Origin: Hydrolagus colliei
Taxonomy: Eukaryota
Length of the DNA stretch: 64,000 nucleotides
Assembly (NCBI GenBank): GCA_035084275.1
Contig: JAYJKW010000485.1
Span: forward strand, 1 to 64,000
Direction of reading: 5' to 3'
Shown here piece by piece: positions 25,141 through 37,786 of the stretch. A model generated the notes under the pieces. It saw nothing but the letters and a program-made list of their open reading frames with translations. It ran no database searches and was not told the origin of the DNA. A program made the translations under genes and the position numbers. Each line of letters starts with the position of its first letter. Position 1 is the stretch's first letter.

Positions 25141-28100
25141 TGCTTGTTGCTCCTGGTGCATCAATACAGTAGTTGCTGTATTCATTTGAGTGGTAAATTT
25201 ATAATGAAAGTACCTACAATACACAAACTATATTAATGCCCATCTTCCTCATTAAGAAACAAGGTTTTGTGTTCATGACTGTAAGTTGATAAACTATTAT
25301 TTAGCATATTCTTCAACTAGTTATTGGAGAAAATCAATACAACTTATTCATTGGAAACAGATGGTTGAATATTTAAATTTTTGAAGACTGAATCTGTTTA
25401 AAACTCTTCCTAGGAATATCTAGGCATGAAGTGAGCCTTCCATTGGTAAGTCTCAAGCACAACACACACAGGGAAATAATCAGTCATTGGCAACATACCA
25501 CCAGAAGATGGTGTTGTACGTTCATTTAAATAAAACTGGATCAGAATAAAGGAGATTTTTAATCGTTGTTCAGTAACTCCTCTGGTAAAAACTATTTCCC
25601 ATCTTGTACCTACAAGGCATTATTGAATTAAGAGATTTCCAAAAAGCATCAGTATTACTGATGTTGTGCATAGCTTACTATGCAGAGATGTTTAAAAGAA
25701 ATATCAAGTACAGTAGTTCAAAAGAAAAAACACTACAACTTCCAACAACAGCTTTGATTTATATAGCGCCCTCCACCTCAGATAGCGTCTCAGAGGAGCC
25801 CGGGAAAAAGCTGGGGGAGGGGGAAGGTGACTGTAGGTGCAGTTGAACAGAAAGGTCTTCAAATGTGACCTGAAAATGGAAAAGGAGGGGGCTAGATGAA
25901 GGGATTGAGGGAGGGAGTTCCAGAGCTTTGGGGTGTAGTGGCTGAAGGCATGGCAGCTGGATTTCATCTCTCTCTTTTCTATTGTAATAGATCTCATTTA
26001 CACGTGGACATTATTTCATTGGGGTCCTCATTCACTCAGAAAAGCAGGAGTGAAGACATTGTGATCCACTTCTGGCTTGTACATGGCCTTAGATTTTGGT
26101 AGTTTTGCCAGCATGCTAGCATACAGAAAGATTTCTACTGGGTCCAGACAACTCCTTGTCTCCTGAAACCTCCTCTCTACCATCAGCAGCCATACTTTCA
26201 GCCACTACACTCCAGAACTTTGAAACTCCCTCAATCCCTTTGCCTCACCCTCTTCCCATCATCAGGTCGTGCCTGAAAACCTTTTTCTTCTACTGTGTTT
26301 AGGCACTCTCCCCCTCCCGCTGGCTCAGCCTCACACTCTGCCACTGTGAAGCGCTCTGAGATGCCAGCTGGCATCGAAGGCGCTATACCAATGCAAGTTG
26401 TTGTTGTTATAAACTCCCAACTAGCTAACAGTAGCATTAGCAAATTGTTACTTTATTTTGGCAGCATAAAAAGGACGGAAGCAACCAAAATTTCAAATTG
26501 CTTCACACTTCATATCGGCCCAGAGAATGACTTCACAAATTGAAAGGTAGAAGAATATTTGCAGAGGAAACAATTTAAAAACATTGATGTTACAAGGAAA
26601 TTTATGGAAATGTCACATTGTATTCTACACACTACCTGTTTTTTTTTAGTACTGTTCACCGGAGATATACAAATTAAGTTTTTGTCATCCTACCATGCAA
26701 AACACAAAAAATATTTCAGTATAATCTGGCATCTCATGGATTGCCTGCCAATCCTAGCAGTAAATAATACCTCACTGGGCTATTAATCTTCATCTTTTGG
26801 AGAAAAAAAAAGCAATTGTACCAGTTGATAACATTTCCTCCCCACCCTCCTGACTTCCCCCACCGCATAGCTTGGATATCAAGCCAACATTGTTAAGCAA
26901 CTTGGAACATCCTCATGACATGAAAGGTGATACCGGACATAGATGTAAATTTATATTTATTTAATAAAGCGAAAAACTCCAATTGTTCCACGTTTAGTGT
27001 AAGGTCAAATAACTTGTTTCCCATACTCATTTAGCCTTTGCATAAAATTAACTACTCTATACAAAAACAGATGGGAAGGTAAGATGAATTTGGGGATTAA
27101 TTTACATGCAGAAGCACCAATGTTTATTTATTTTCTATAGAAACTTTAATCACTTTCTCCTGGGACAATTTTCTTTTTACAAATTGAGTATGTTGCAAAA
27201 TGCTTAGCTCCTACCCAAATATATGGTAGATCATGAGAAAGTACAACAACAACAACGATTTATATACCGCCCTCTACGCTGGACGGTGTCTCAGAGCACT
27301 TCACAGTAGCGGATCCCAAGCCAGGGGCAGGAAGGTGACCAAAAAAGTACAACATTTAAAAAAAATAAAAATGGTCATATTGCATCCCAAAGGTTGAATT
27401 TACTAATCCAGTGGAACAAAATATTTGTTGTCTATTTAGCAATTTTACAATGCAAGTGTTCAGTTGCATAGGTATGTAAAGTTGCAGTGAAACAAATTCT
27501 TTCAAAACACAGGTGTCGAGTGAAGACTAAAAAGCTTGACCTTGCCTTCCATGTGGTGAATGAGTATTTGGTGCTGGTTGGCACTGTTTCTGGTCCCCAG
27601 AGTGTTGGATATTGCTGGAGTCTAACCAGCTAAAAGACATAGCTTGCATTGAAAGCACTGTTTGGCAAGCTTCCTGTTGCTTGTCCAGTTCAGACCAAAC
27701 TATCAGTTAGGGCTGTGGCTTATAGGGTTAACAGAAGCTGAGTGAGAGTTAAAATAAACTCATCCATGTGTTGAGATTTAAATAGCCTTCTGGCTTGCCA
27801 ATCAAACTTCAGTATCAAGCTGGAATTTCTTCAATTGGAACCCAGGTACCAGAATCATCTTCTAAACCCTTTCTAACACATCACTATGGTTTTCAAATGC
27901 ATCTTTCAATCCTCAGCTACAGCTCCAATGGTTGTGGAGCCCGCTCCTAAAACTATTACCGCAAAGTCATCATCTGCTTCTTCCCTCATTATGTGGATGA
28001 TTCTAAAAGTATACACTATTTGACCCAAGGAGGGAGAAATTTGCAGAAATTTAATTCAGGTTACTCATATATGTAATATATATATTATATATACATATAA

Positions 28101-28902
28101 TATACATATATTTAATACATATACACACACTTACATTTTATATATATTTTTAAAAAGCCCAAACAACAAAGACATTGTCTTCTGTGGAAACTGATGGAAT
28201 AAAACTATTGACACATTTGCAATTTACTGAATCTCTTATCTCTGTATCGCTAAGGAAGTCAGACCAACGGCTGACTTAATTTCTGTAGTTTTGCAGTGGC
28301 AGTGGCTGGGAAAGAAAGTTTTCAGAACTGAGGTTTATGTAGAATTCAGTTAAACTGATTATGTAGTCCCAATTTGGGCCGGGTTTCCCAGGAAAATTGT
28401 GGCGCAATCTGGAAACCACATGGACAAAAAAGCTGAAGTGCATGAATCACAAGTGCATGAATCATCATCTGCTTCTTCCCTCACAAGTCCCAAAGGAGTT
28501 CTTCACAATTTGATTATGCACTATTTGCATCAAGCTTCTTGCATTGGATGGACTATCAATTGCAATGATATCTGAAGCATGAATGCTATATTGGGTACCC
28601 CATCCTTAAGCAATGTTGCAATCCACTGAAGAGTGGGCCTCAATAAACAGGGAATGATTTATTGATGAGAATATAGTAAATTGCCCCCTTGCCCCCTGGG
28701 CTTTCCCCTCCCCCCCCCTCTTCTTCTTCCCTCACTTCCTTTCCCCCCTTTCTCTCCCCCTTCCCTCCCTTTTCTCCCTGATTTCACCCTACTTTAGCCT
28801 CCCTCTCCCCCCTTATCCTCTTTCTCCCCTGGCCCCACTTCCACAAATGTTTGTGGGACACTGTTGCGTGCAATTTGGATGCCGCGTTTCCACACAAATA
28901 TA

Positions 28903-29722
28903 CAGGTACCCCGCCCCAACTGGGGTAGGCCTCGTCAACCGCGGAATTCACGCATACACGGTTTGCTAAATGCGACAACCCTGGCCAAACACCACGGCTT
29001 ATAACCCTTGCTTATCCATGGGTTTTAACACTAACACTAGGACCCAGTTGCATCAACCAGCCTCGATGTCGCTTCACGCTAGTGGATAGCGCTAGGACCC
29101 AGTTGAGATGTTGCAATCAACCAGCGACAACGCTTCTCTCTTAGGATTAAGGTAAATAACATAAATTTATTGTCACTTCTCTGCATCCTTTCCCTCTGTG
29201 TGTAAGCGTATCTTTCTCTGACTCATTTTCTATTTCACCTTCTCTTCCCCTCTCCCTCTCTCTGTGTCTGTGTGTAGATCAGTCAGCCAGACAGCTCCCC
29301 CAGCCCTCCATGTCACCCACCACACCTTCTCCATTGATTTCTCTCTCTTTCTGTAGATCAGACAGCACCCCCAGCCTTCCATGTCTCTTTCTCTCTCTCT
29401 CTCTCTGTGTGTGTAGATCAGTCAGACAGCAGACAGCGCCCCCAGCCCTCCGTGTCTCTCTCTCTCTCTGTGTGTGTGTTGATCAGTCAGTCAGTCAGCC
29501 TTGCGGATTGCTGCAGATCCTGGCAGCCAATGAGCCCAAACTTACTCTCCCTATCCCCATGTATGTTATAACCGTATGTTTTTTTGTGTTTAGTTCTACG
29601 AAATGCAAACTTACTTCCCCTATCCCCATGTTTCCCATAGAGCCCTGCATTTTCGAACTGCGATTTTACTAACCGCGGAGGTTTAGTGGAACATATCCCC
29701 CGCGGTTGGGGAGGGATACCTG
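28903..29722. mobile_element. Tigger/pogo-like non-autonomous element (family B) inserted into a SINE
   Basis: TIRs caggtaccccgccccaac / gttggggagggatacctg with TA duplication; the flanks rejoin to the SINE consensus cacaaatatacagtcaatt; inverted sister at 60954-63071. Confidence 0.88.
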
Positions 29723-30038
29723 TACAGTCAATTTTCCTACTTTCCTTCCCCCAACCACAACCCCTCCCCACCTGCTCTGGTCCCTACCTCTTCTCCCCCC
29801 TTTCTTCCCTCTTGTCTTCTCCCTCCCCCCAGCTCTGGTCCCAACCTTGGGATGTTATTGTATTCTGTGAAGCTCTTTGAGATGTCAATAAGACATGGAA
29901 AGCGCTATATAAATGTAAGGATTATTATTATTATAAATAGAAAATGAGCAATGGAATATCATTTTTATATTTCAAGTGCAGACAGATTCATTTTCACATA
30001 AGATAAGAATGACACAGAACAACTTTGACTTTACTTAC

Positions 30039-30092
30039 TGTGAAATTCTTAGTTTGACATCTGATACGTTGTATTGGCCCTGAAACGGATGG
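30039..30092 (-). CDS. AVL9: AVL9 exon 14
   Basis: HPFQGQYNVSDVKLRIS(H); ttttctag| and |gtaagt; 54 nt. Confidence 0.95.
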
Positions 30093-30516
30093 CTAGAAAA
30101 AAGAAATAGTTCCTATTATTCTTTAATATTCTATTCAAATTTAATTCCTAACCAGCAGTGTCTAAATTATTAATTTTATTCAAGTAAGCACTAAGCTTCA
30201 AAATCAAATTAACTTGGAATTAAAAATTAATTTGCTGAACTGCAACCAGAATTTCTCTTGTGCAACAAAATTAAATTTAATTTCTATCAATACAATTTTT
30301 AACCATTCAATGATATTCTTCTTTAGGTGATTTCCTTTTGAAGCAAAACATGTTTTTGCAATCTCTGTATTAAACATTTTGATTTAGGATTTAAGTGACA
30401 AGATGCTAAAAATGACAAAATAGTAACTCAAGTTGATTTGAGTCTAAACTTAAATCAATCTTTAAAATCATAGACTTAATCGATTATGCAATTTGTTTTA
30501 TTATAGATTTCAAATA

Positions 30517-31373
30517 CCGTATATCTCCGCGTATAAGGCGCACCCGCGTATAAGGCGCACCCCCCGTTTTTGACCTTTTCGTGGTGAAAAAAACCGGAAG
30601 CATTTTCAATGATATTGCCGGCAGAAGGGAGGAGAGACAGGTAAGTAGGGAGAGAGGCAGGCACGCAGGCAGGGAGGGAGGGAGGGAGAGCGGCAGGCCG
30701 GCAGCCCGGGAGGGAGAGAGGCAGGTCGGCAGCCTGGGAGAGAGAGAGGGAGAACGGCAGGCCGGCAGCCCGGGAGAGAGACAGGGAGAGAGGCAGGCCG
30801 GCAGCCCGGGAGAGAGAGAGGGAGAGAGGCAGGTCGGCAGCCTGGGAGAGAGAGAGAGAGAGCGGCAGGCCGGCAGCCCGGGAGAGAGAGAGGGAGAGAG
30901 GCAGGCCAGCAGCCTGGGAGAGAGAGAGAGAGGGAGAGCGGCAGGTCAGCAGCCTGGAAGAGAGAGAGGGAGAGCGGCAGGCCGGCAGCCCGGGGGAGAG
31001 AGAGAGAGGGAGAGAGGCAGGCCGGCAGCCTGGGAGAGAGAGAGGGAGAGAGGCAGGCCGGCACGCAGGCAGGGAGGGAGGGAGAGCGGCAGGGAGTGAG
31101 GCAGGCAGACTGGGTTCGGCAGAAGGTAAGCACAGCACTGAAGTCCGCTGCTGCTGCCGCCGCTCGGGCGGCCGAGGCCGAAGCCCCATCACCCGCTCCT
31201 CCCAACCCCCGCCGGACACTGACCAAACCCCGGCTGACAGCGCGCTGGCCGCCCCTCCTGTTTACTGTATCTCCGAGGCTCAAAATTGCTTGTACCTGCG
31301 TATAGGGCGCACCCCCAACTTTCGAGATCTTCCGACCTGAAAAAAAGTGCGCCTTATACGCGGAGATATACGG
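30517..31373. mobile_element. Young pogo/Tc2-like MITE with an internal GA/GC-rich minisatellite
   Basis: Perfect 27-bp TIRs ccgtatatctccgcgtataaggcgcac, TA duplication, subterminal gcgtataaggcgcacc repeats, abundant unmutated CpG. Confidence 0.92.
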
Positions 31374-31808
31374 TAGGTAAAGAGATATTCCTATATAAAA
31401 CATTGGTACATTATGCATGTACTGTAATGAGCAAAGCATTGGAGATAAAGTCTGTAGGGTTGAAGATATGAACGAGGATTCTGGCTGTTTGAGAAGTGAG
31501 ATAATGATGAGGTGGACAATGTTAGAGATAGAGGAAAGTGCATTTGATCAGGGTAGTTGAGGGTCAAGCAACACTAAGATTCCGTACCAGCTTTAATAAT
31601 AATAATAATTCTATGAAATAATACTTCCATGTTTCAATTCCCTTTACAGTATATTCTCTGAAGTGCTTTGAGATCTCTAGAAGATGTGAAAAGCGCTATA
31701 TCAAATGAAAGGATTATTATTAAAATTACCTAGCTCTCAACTAGATCCATAAACTACATTGATGTGCATTTCAAAAATCTTAATGGATACACAGCTTTAC
31801 CAACCTAC

Positions 31809-31926
31809 CCTGGGTTGACTTCACTGATAGCAGGGTGCTTGTTGCTATGCCATACTCTGTAGTTGTGTGTATTCTTCCATGCATTAATAAATGAAGCACC
31901 ATAATCTGACAACATTTTTTCATTGT
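31809..31926 (-). CDS. AVL9: AVL9 exon 13
   Basis: DNEKMLSDYGASFINAWKNTHNYRVWHSNKHPAISEVNP; 118 nt; canonical splice sites. Confidence 0.96.
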
Positions 31927-33509
31927 CTGTGGAAACAAAACGTTACAGATTATGGAATAATAGTACTTGGACATCTACCAATATAACATTACTATTAATA
32001 ACATACTATGCTCAACATTACTGCATATCAGAATATTAATACTGCCTTTCAGAACTATGCAGATCCCCATGTATTCATGTAAGATAAGACCGTTTAAGGT
32101 CATTCAACGCAATAGATCGATCATGTACTTCTCAAAATAATTTAATTCAATGACACATCGCAAAGCTAACAGGTAAAGTAACATGCAGCGACTATTGGAA
32201 ACAAAATTTGGACCTTTGGAGCAAGAAATCATTATTAAGGCACTGTATAAATACAATTTAGTTCTGACTTCTGTCCTTAAGATGGGTTCAATGGGACAGA
32301 TATGTGGGAAGCTATGCAATTATGAGATGGAACAAACTATTTTGCACTCTTAACACAATGTATTGTTAGAAATCAACTTTGTAAGTGTGTGTTAAATCTG
32401 AGCGTATATACAAACAATTATTGAACAGTACTGTGGGCATTTGAGACAATCTTTCAAAACAGTAACGTGCAAAAATGGTCTTCTCATCACAAAGTTAGTA
32501 GTTTGTACTCAGATAGTAGGGTTAGGATGAAGCTGATTTTTAAAAATTGCAACCAATAATTTCAATCTTACTTCACTTATTTTTATCCTCCAGTTAATCA
32601 TCTCCATACATAATGTTTCAGTGGAAAGTTGTCAAGTGCGTCCATCGCATAACTGAGCAATCATGAAAACATAACATTACTACAAATTTAATTTGGAAGT
32701 CAACACCCAAAAACCTGAGTTAAAAAAAATTCGCTACAGTTGTGATACCAGCAGATAATAACAATTATACGGAAAAGGAGAGTACCAGATGTGATCCCTG
32801 GTCTGTGTTAACGAATTCAGTGGACGTTACCCATCAGATTAAGTAACCATGGTGGCCCTCTAGTCCCCCTTCTGCCTTGGTTATTAGGCACAGATTGGCA
32901 AGAGCTAAGACCCAAGGAACCCCAGAATATACATTGGGGTAGCTACTGTTGAAGTTTAACTTGCTATAACCATATAATTGAGATTATTAGAATGCAATTG
33001 AGATTACCTTCTACAAACTTCTCATTGCTTGTTCAGATAGGTTTTGGATTGGAGGATGGAAGGGAAGAGTGGGAAGAAACCCTGCCCCAGTGACTGGTCT
33101 ACCTCTCCAAGTCCTACTGATGAGCCAGGCCTACAATAAGTAGTGCCTGGAGTATTGCAGACTCTGGCTCATTAACCAGACTACTAAAATCGCCACCGAG
33201 AGTTGAATCGATTCTGTCTCCATTGCCAAACACGTCAACTTTGGAGCCAGCTTAGCTCCAAGAAATCCTATTTACCTCCTCCCAAGGAGAAATTAGGAAG
33301 ATTCTTTTTACAAAAATATTTTTGGAGTCATGGAATGGCCTAATCAAAAAGATGAATGAGCAGAATGATTTTTTTTCAACAAGCTATTGGACAAATATTT
33401 TAATATAAGAGGGTCTGGGGATAGGATGGGGGAAAAGACATAAATTAAAATATACATTTTATAGAAATTGAGTCTATTCAGTGTATACAGTACAGAATTG
33501 ACTTCTCAC

Positions 33510-33729
33510 CTGGCTGTAAAGTAGTAGCAAGAAGGGAATGGATGTAGAATGCAAACTGGGCTCTGATCCATTCATCTCCTCCCTCCCAGCCTGTCCCATC
33601 AAGAAATACATCATCTCGGTTTTCAGTTACATGCTTCACCAAGTAATCTGCAAAGCGCAAATCTGCAGTAGTAAGGTTCAACAGTTTGCGTAGTTCAGGA
33701 TCCTGAATCTGTATCCGACCATCTTCAAC
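33510..33729 (-). CDS. AVL9: AVL9 exon 12
   Basis: VEDGRIQIQDPELRKLLNLTTADLRFADYLVKHVTENRDDVFLDGTGWEGGDEWIRAQF...; 220 nt. Confidence 0.97.
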
Positions 33730-33829
33730 CTGGAAAAACACAAGTCAAAGAAGTTTCTTTGAAATTCTATTCCCTTGGGAGATTTTATGAATGTTAGTAT
33801 TAAAATGCCTAAAGAGTAATCATTTCAAC

Positions 33830-34790
33830 AACAACAACAACTTCGATTTATATAGCGCCCTCCACGCCAGACGGCGTCTCAGAGCGCTTCACAGTAGCGG
33901 ATCCCGGGACCGAGCCAGGAGCAGGGGCAGGAAGGTGACCAATAGCTCGGTCAAAGAGAGAGGTCTTCAACTGTGACCTGAAACTGGGAAGAGAGGGGGC
34001 GAGGCGAAGCGAGTGAGGAAGGGAGTTCCAGAGCCTCGGGGCGTAGTGGCTAAAGGCACGGCTGCCGAGGGTGGAGCGGAGGACTCGGGGGACATGGAGG
34101 AGGCCAGACCCAGAGGAACGAAGGCAGCGGGTGGTGGGTTGTGGGGAGAGGAGATCCGAGAGACAGGGGGGTGCAGAGAAGTGGAGGGATTTGAAAACAA
34201 GGGTGAGGATCTTGAAGTCGATCCTCTCTGGGATAGGGAGCCAGTGAAGTCTGGCAAGGATTGGGGTAATGGGGGAGCGAAGCTTAGAGCGGGTGAGCAT
34301 GCGGGCGGCAGAGTTCTGGATAAGATGGATTTTGTGGATTGTGGTGGAGGGGAGACCGGCGAGGAGGGCTTTGCAATAGTCCAGCCGAGAGGTGACAAAG
34401 GCGTGGACCAAGGTTTCGGCGGCTTTTAAGGTGAAGTATTGCCGGAGATGGGCGATCCGTGGTAGAAGGCAGTGCTGGTGACGGACCGGATGTGGGGGAG
34501 GAAGGACAGTTGGGCGTCGAACCTGATGCCAAGGTTGTGCACAGTTTCGGAGAGTTTTAGGGGCAGGCCAGGAAGGTGGAGTAGGTGAGAGCCGTGCGAA
34601 TGGAGACGTTGACGAGAGCCAAGGAGTATGGCCTCCGTCTTGTCAACATTCAGCTGCAAGAAATTTGTGCTCATCCAGCCCCTGATGTCTGAAAGGCAGG
34701 CTGACAGAACATCGGGGGACTGGGGGTCACAAAGTGAAGTGGAGAGATAGAGTTGGGTGTCATCCGTGTATATGTGGAAGTGTGCCTCAA
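33830..34790 (-). mobile_element. Young 5'-truncated L2 LINE (RT C-terminal half)
   Basis: FHIYTDDTQLYLS (YADD box variant), LQLNVDKTE, HAFVTSRLDYC, LHWLPIPERIDFKIL; (GTT)n tail; CpG largely intact. Confidence 0.93.
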
Positions 34791-35759
34791 GGAGAAGCAA
34801 TCCTTCTCATTGCTTCAAGGTCAGAACCAGGGAATACACATGGTGGTGCTTCAGAGAATCACAAGGTTAAGGCTTGGTCCAGCTAGCTACCACTGACAGC
34901 TTTTCACAGTTAAATATTTAGAGCTACTTTGTGATGCACTCTTATCAATCTTCAAATATTTTTGCTTTCAATTTGCAACAAAGAAGTCAAGAGCAGCTTT
35001 CTATGGGAATGATGGTGGGAATGATGGAATAAACGTAAGAAACTGAAGGTAAGAAAGATTGTTGGAAAAGGTAAGAAACTATAAAATACAATGAAAATGG
35101 TTATTAAAAATGAAGTTTAAATAAAAATAGACCAGAGTTTAGAGAAGAGAAATTCAACAAAAAATGGAAATCGAATATAAGCTTTCTAAAAAATTTAGAA
35201 TTTATTTTTCTTTATTATATTTATATGTAACATTGCAGCTCATGAACCTGAGTGGTGTTTTGTCTGCATTATTAATTAGTCTTATTCAGCAACGGTGCAC
35301 ATGCAACATTCAGAACATGCAAAACCTGATGGATCAAACAGGATGCAAAATATTTTGGGATTTCAATGGTTAAAAGAAAGTTCCATGTGACTTTAATAGA
35401 AGCAATAAAAGCAAGATTCTGAGTTACACCTTCCCTGGATTTGTCTGGCAACATTATAAAATGCTGGAAGTTCTGAACAAATCCTCTATATTAAATATGA
35501 GTAAGTGAACACACCAAGTGTGAAATCCTAAAATTCAAGACTTAAAAGTGAATCACAGCACACAGCTGTATGTGATTCTTGCTAAATTGTTCAGATTAAG
35601 CTTCTATCTCAAATCCCATAGCAATCAATTTAAAAATGTGTTTCAGTGTAATTGTCAGTTGGAGTAAAAGACAAGGCACAAGAGTTCATATTAGAAAAAG
35701 CAACAACTGCTGCAAAGACTGCCCAGGAAACGATAAATGAAAACAATTTGTATCCTCGC

Positions 35760-36400
35760 TAGGGTCCGTTGATATGGAAATTTTCCGATTAAATATATTG
35801 ATGGGTTCATATCGAGATATACCGAAATATCGATATTTTCGGTTTTTTCCGTACTGCGCATGCGCGTGTGGCGCGCGCGCGTTCCGGGTGCGCGCGCATT
35901 CGGGGCCTATCTTCTCAGGAGGTAAATATCTTTCTCTCTCTGTGTCTCTCACTCTCTCCATCTCTGTGTTTTTCTGTCTGTGTGTCTCTCTCCCTCTCTC
36001 CTCTCTCACATCCCCCCCATCTCTATCTATCTGTATATTATCACATCCACCCCGTCTCTCCCCCCCTCCCACCCCCGCCGTCCCTCTCTCCCCCCACCCC
36101 CCCCCAGCCGTCTCTCTCCCCCTCCCCCCCCAGCCGTCTCTCTCACCCCCCACCCCTTGCATACCTGTATATTGTATTCGAGGACTGTGAATACAGTATG
36201 GCGGCTTTGCACCTCGGTCTGTGCATTGTGTATAGAGATGAGCATTCTGGGTCTTGTAGTTCAGTGTGCTCGCATCCCGATTTTTTACCTCGATATATAG
36301 TTTTTTCGATATATCGATATTTTAAAAATGTCTATATCGGCACATCGATATGAAAATTATATTGGGTTTTAGCGATATATCGATATATCGCCGGATCCTA
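35760..36400. mobile_element. hAT-superfamily non-autonomous element (641 bp)
   Basis: Perfect 8-bp duplication atcctcgc (35752-35759 and 36401-36408), short TIRs tagggtccg / cggatccta, many subterminal cgata/tatcg motifs. Confidence 0.9.
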
Positions 36401-36873
36401 ATCCTCGCTACCAAAGTCAATAACCCCGACATTTTCTTCCCCAAAGAAGCTTTAAAATGATTGGCAATGATGACAATCGTAAACTTTTTGAAAAACAAAA
36501 AAGTTATTAATAATAATAATCTTTGCATTTAACATAGCATCTATGATATTGGGGTGGGCATCTCAAAGTGCCTCACGTAATTCACTGTTGACAGACTATT
36601 CGTTGGGGAATCTGGCAGTCAATATTGTACACAACAATTTTCCACTCCACAAACAGCTATGTGTGAATTTGTGCGAATTTAGCGAAATCACTGGAATCTC
36701 CCTTCTCTTTTTAAATTGTACTATGAAGTCATTAAAGTTTGGTGAACAAGGTGAACAAAGATACAGAACGTATACAAATCATTTTCATCTATCTGTCAGT
36801 TATTTTTAAGCATTGAACTAAATTATGGTTATTAGATATTTAAAAAATATATTTCAACAAGTCATACACTTAC

Positions 36874-37008
36874 ATCAATAATTGCATCACTCAAATGCTT
36901 CTGTTGTCGAAAAAGGACATTCGTTGCTCCAGCAACAAATCCACGAACAGTGACATCGGAAAGAAGGTGATGCTGCTGTAAAGCCATATATGGCAAACAA
37001 AGGTAACC
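36874..37008 (-). CDS. AVL9: AVL9 exon 11
   Basis: GYLCLPYMALQQHHLLSDVTVRGFVAGATNVLFRQQKHLSDAIID; 135 nt. Confidence 0.97.
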
Positions 37009-37113
37009 CTGGAGAGAAAAAAATAAAGATTATTTTGAATTAGTGGAGTAATGGAATGTTCTCAACAACTAAATAACAACTGTACTTTGTAATAATACTT
37101 GTATTTGATAATA

Positions 37114-37786
37114 CAGTAGAAGCCCTTTTATCCGTGACTCGATGAACCGGCACTTCCGTATAACCGACATGCCCCCCAAAAAGTCCCCATTTGATAAACC
37201 AGAACAATAGCGGTAGAGCATTTGGAAATGCATAAATAACAGATAATAAAAGAATATTGTATTGGTACTTATTGTTAAAACTGCTCTCTTGCGCTTTTTA
37301 TCTTTGCTGGTAGATGCTGCGCTTGAAGCCATGATGCTGCGGTTGAGGTTTATAGTCCAGCAATTCTTTTTAACATGGAGCAGGTGAAAAAAAGAGCACG
37401 TATGACTTTAAAGTCATACTAGTGACAAGCTGAATACGCTAGCCGATAACCCATATTGTCGTGCAGGTGCAGTATTTCGGTTTGCCGCTAGTAGAGTCAA
37501 GAGCTTCGGCCTGCAGCTAGTAGTCGCGTGACTTTAAAATCGTGCAGCCGTTTTTTTTCACCCGCTTGGCTCCATTTAAAAAAGAATCGCTGAACTGTAA
37601 ACCTCAATCAGTAAAGGCGAGTGTAGTTTTAACAATAAGTACCAATATAATATTCTGTTATTACTTAAAAGAACTTTATAATTTTTTTGTAGTGGGTTTT
37701 CGGTCGCGGGCCGCCCGAATATGCGGCAAGCGCTTTAACCGGCATTGGTCAGGTCCCGCGGGTGCCGGATAAACGGGCTTCTACTG
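37114..37786. mobile_element. Family A long foldback MITE
   Basis: TIRs cagtagaagcccttttatccg / cggataaacgggcttctactg, TA duplication, long internal inverted repeat; sister at 44318-45053. Confidence 0.88.

Noticed and set aside
30517-31373. CpG-rich block as a gene promoter
   Set aside because: It is bounded exactly by transposon TIRs inside an AVL9 intron, with no associated first exon.
30476-31439. Long overlapping ORFs of 172-277 aa
   Set aside because: They are translations of a stop-poor minisatellite inside a TIR-bounded MITE and carry no protein domain.
33848-34800. Functional reverse transcriptase gene
   Set aside because: 5'-truncated, frameshifted L2 remnant with YTDD in place of YADD and no endonuclease.
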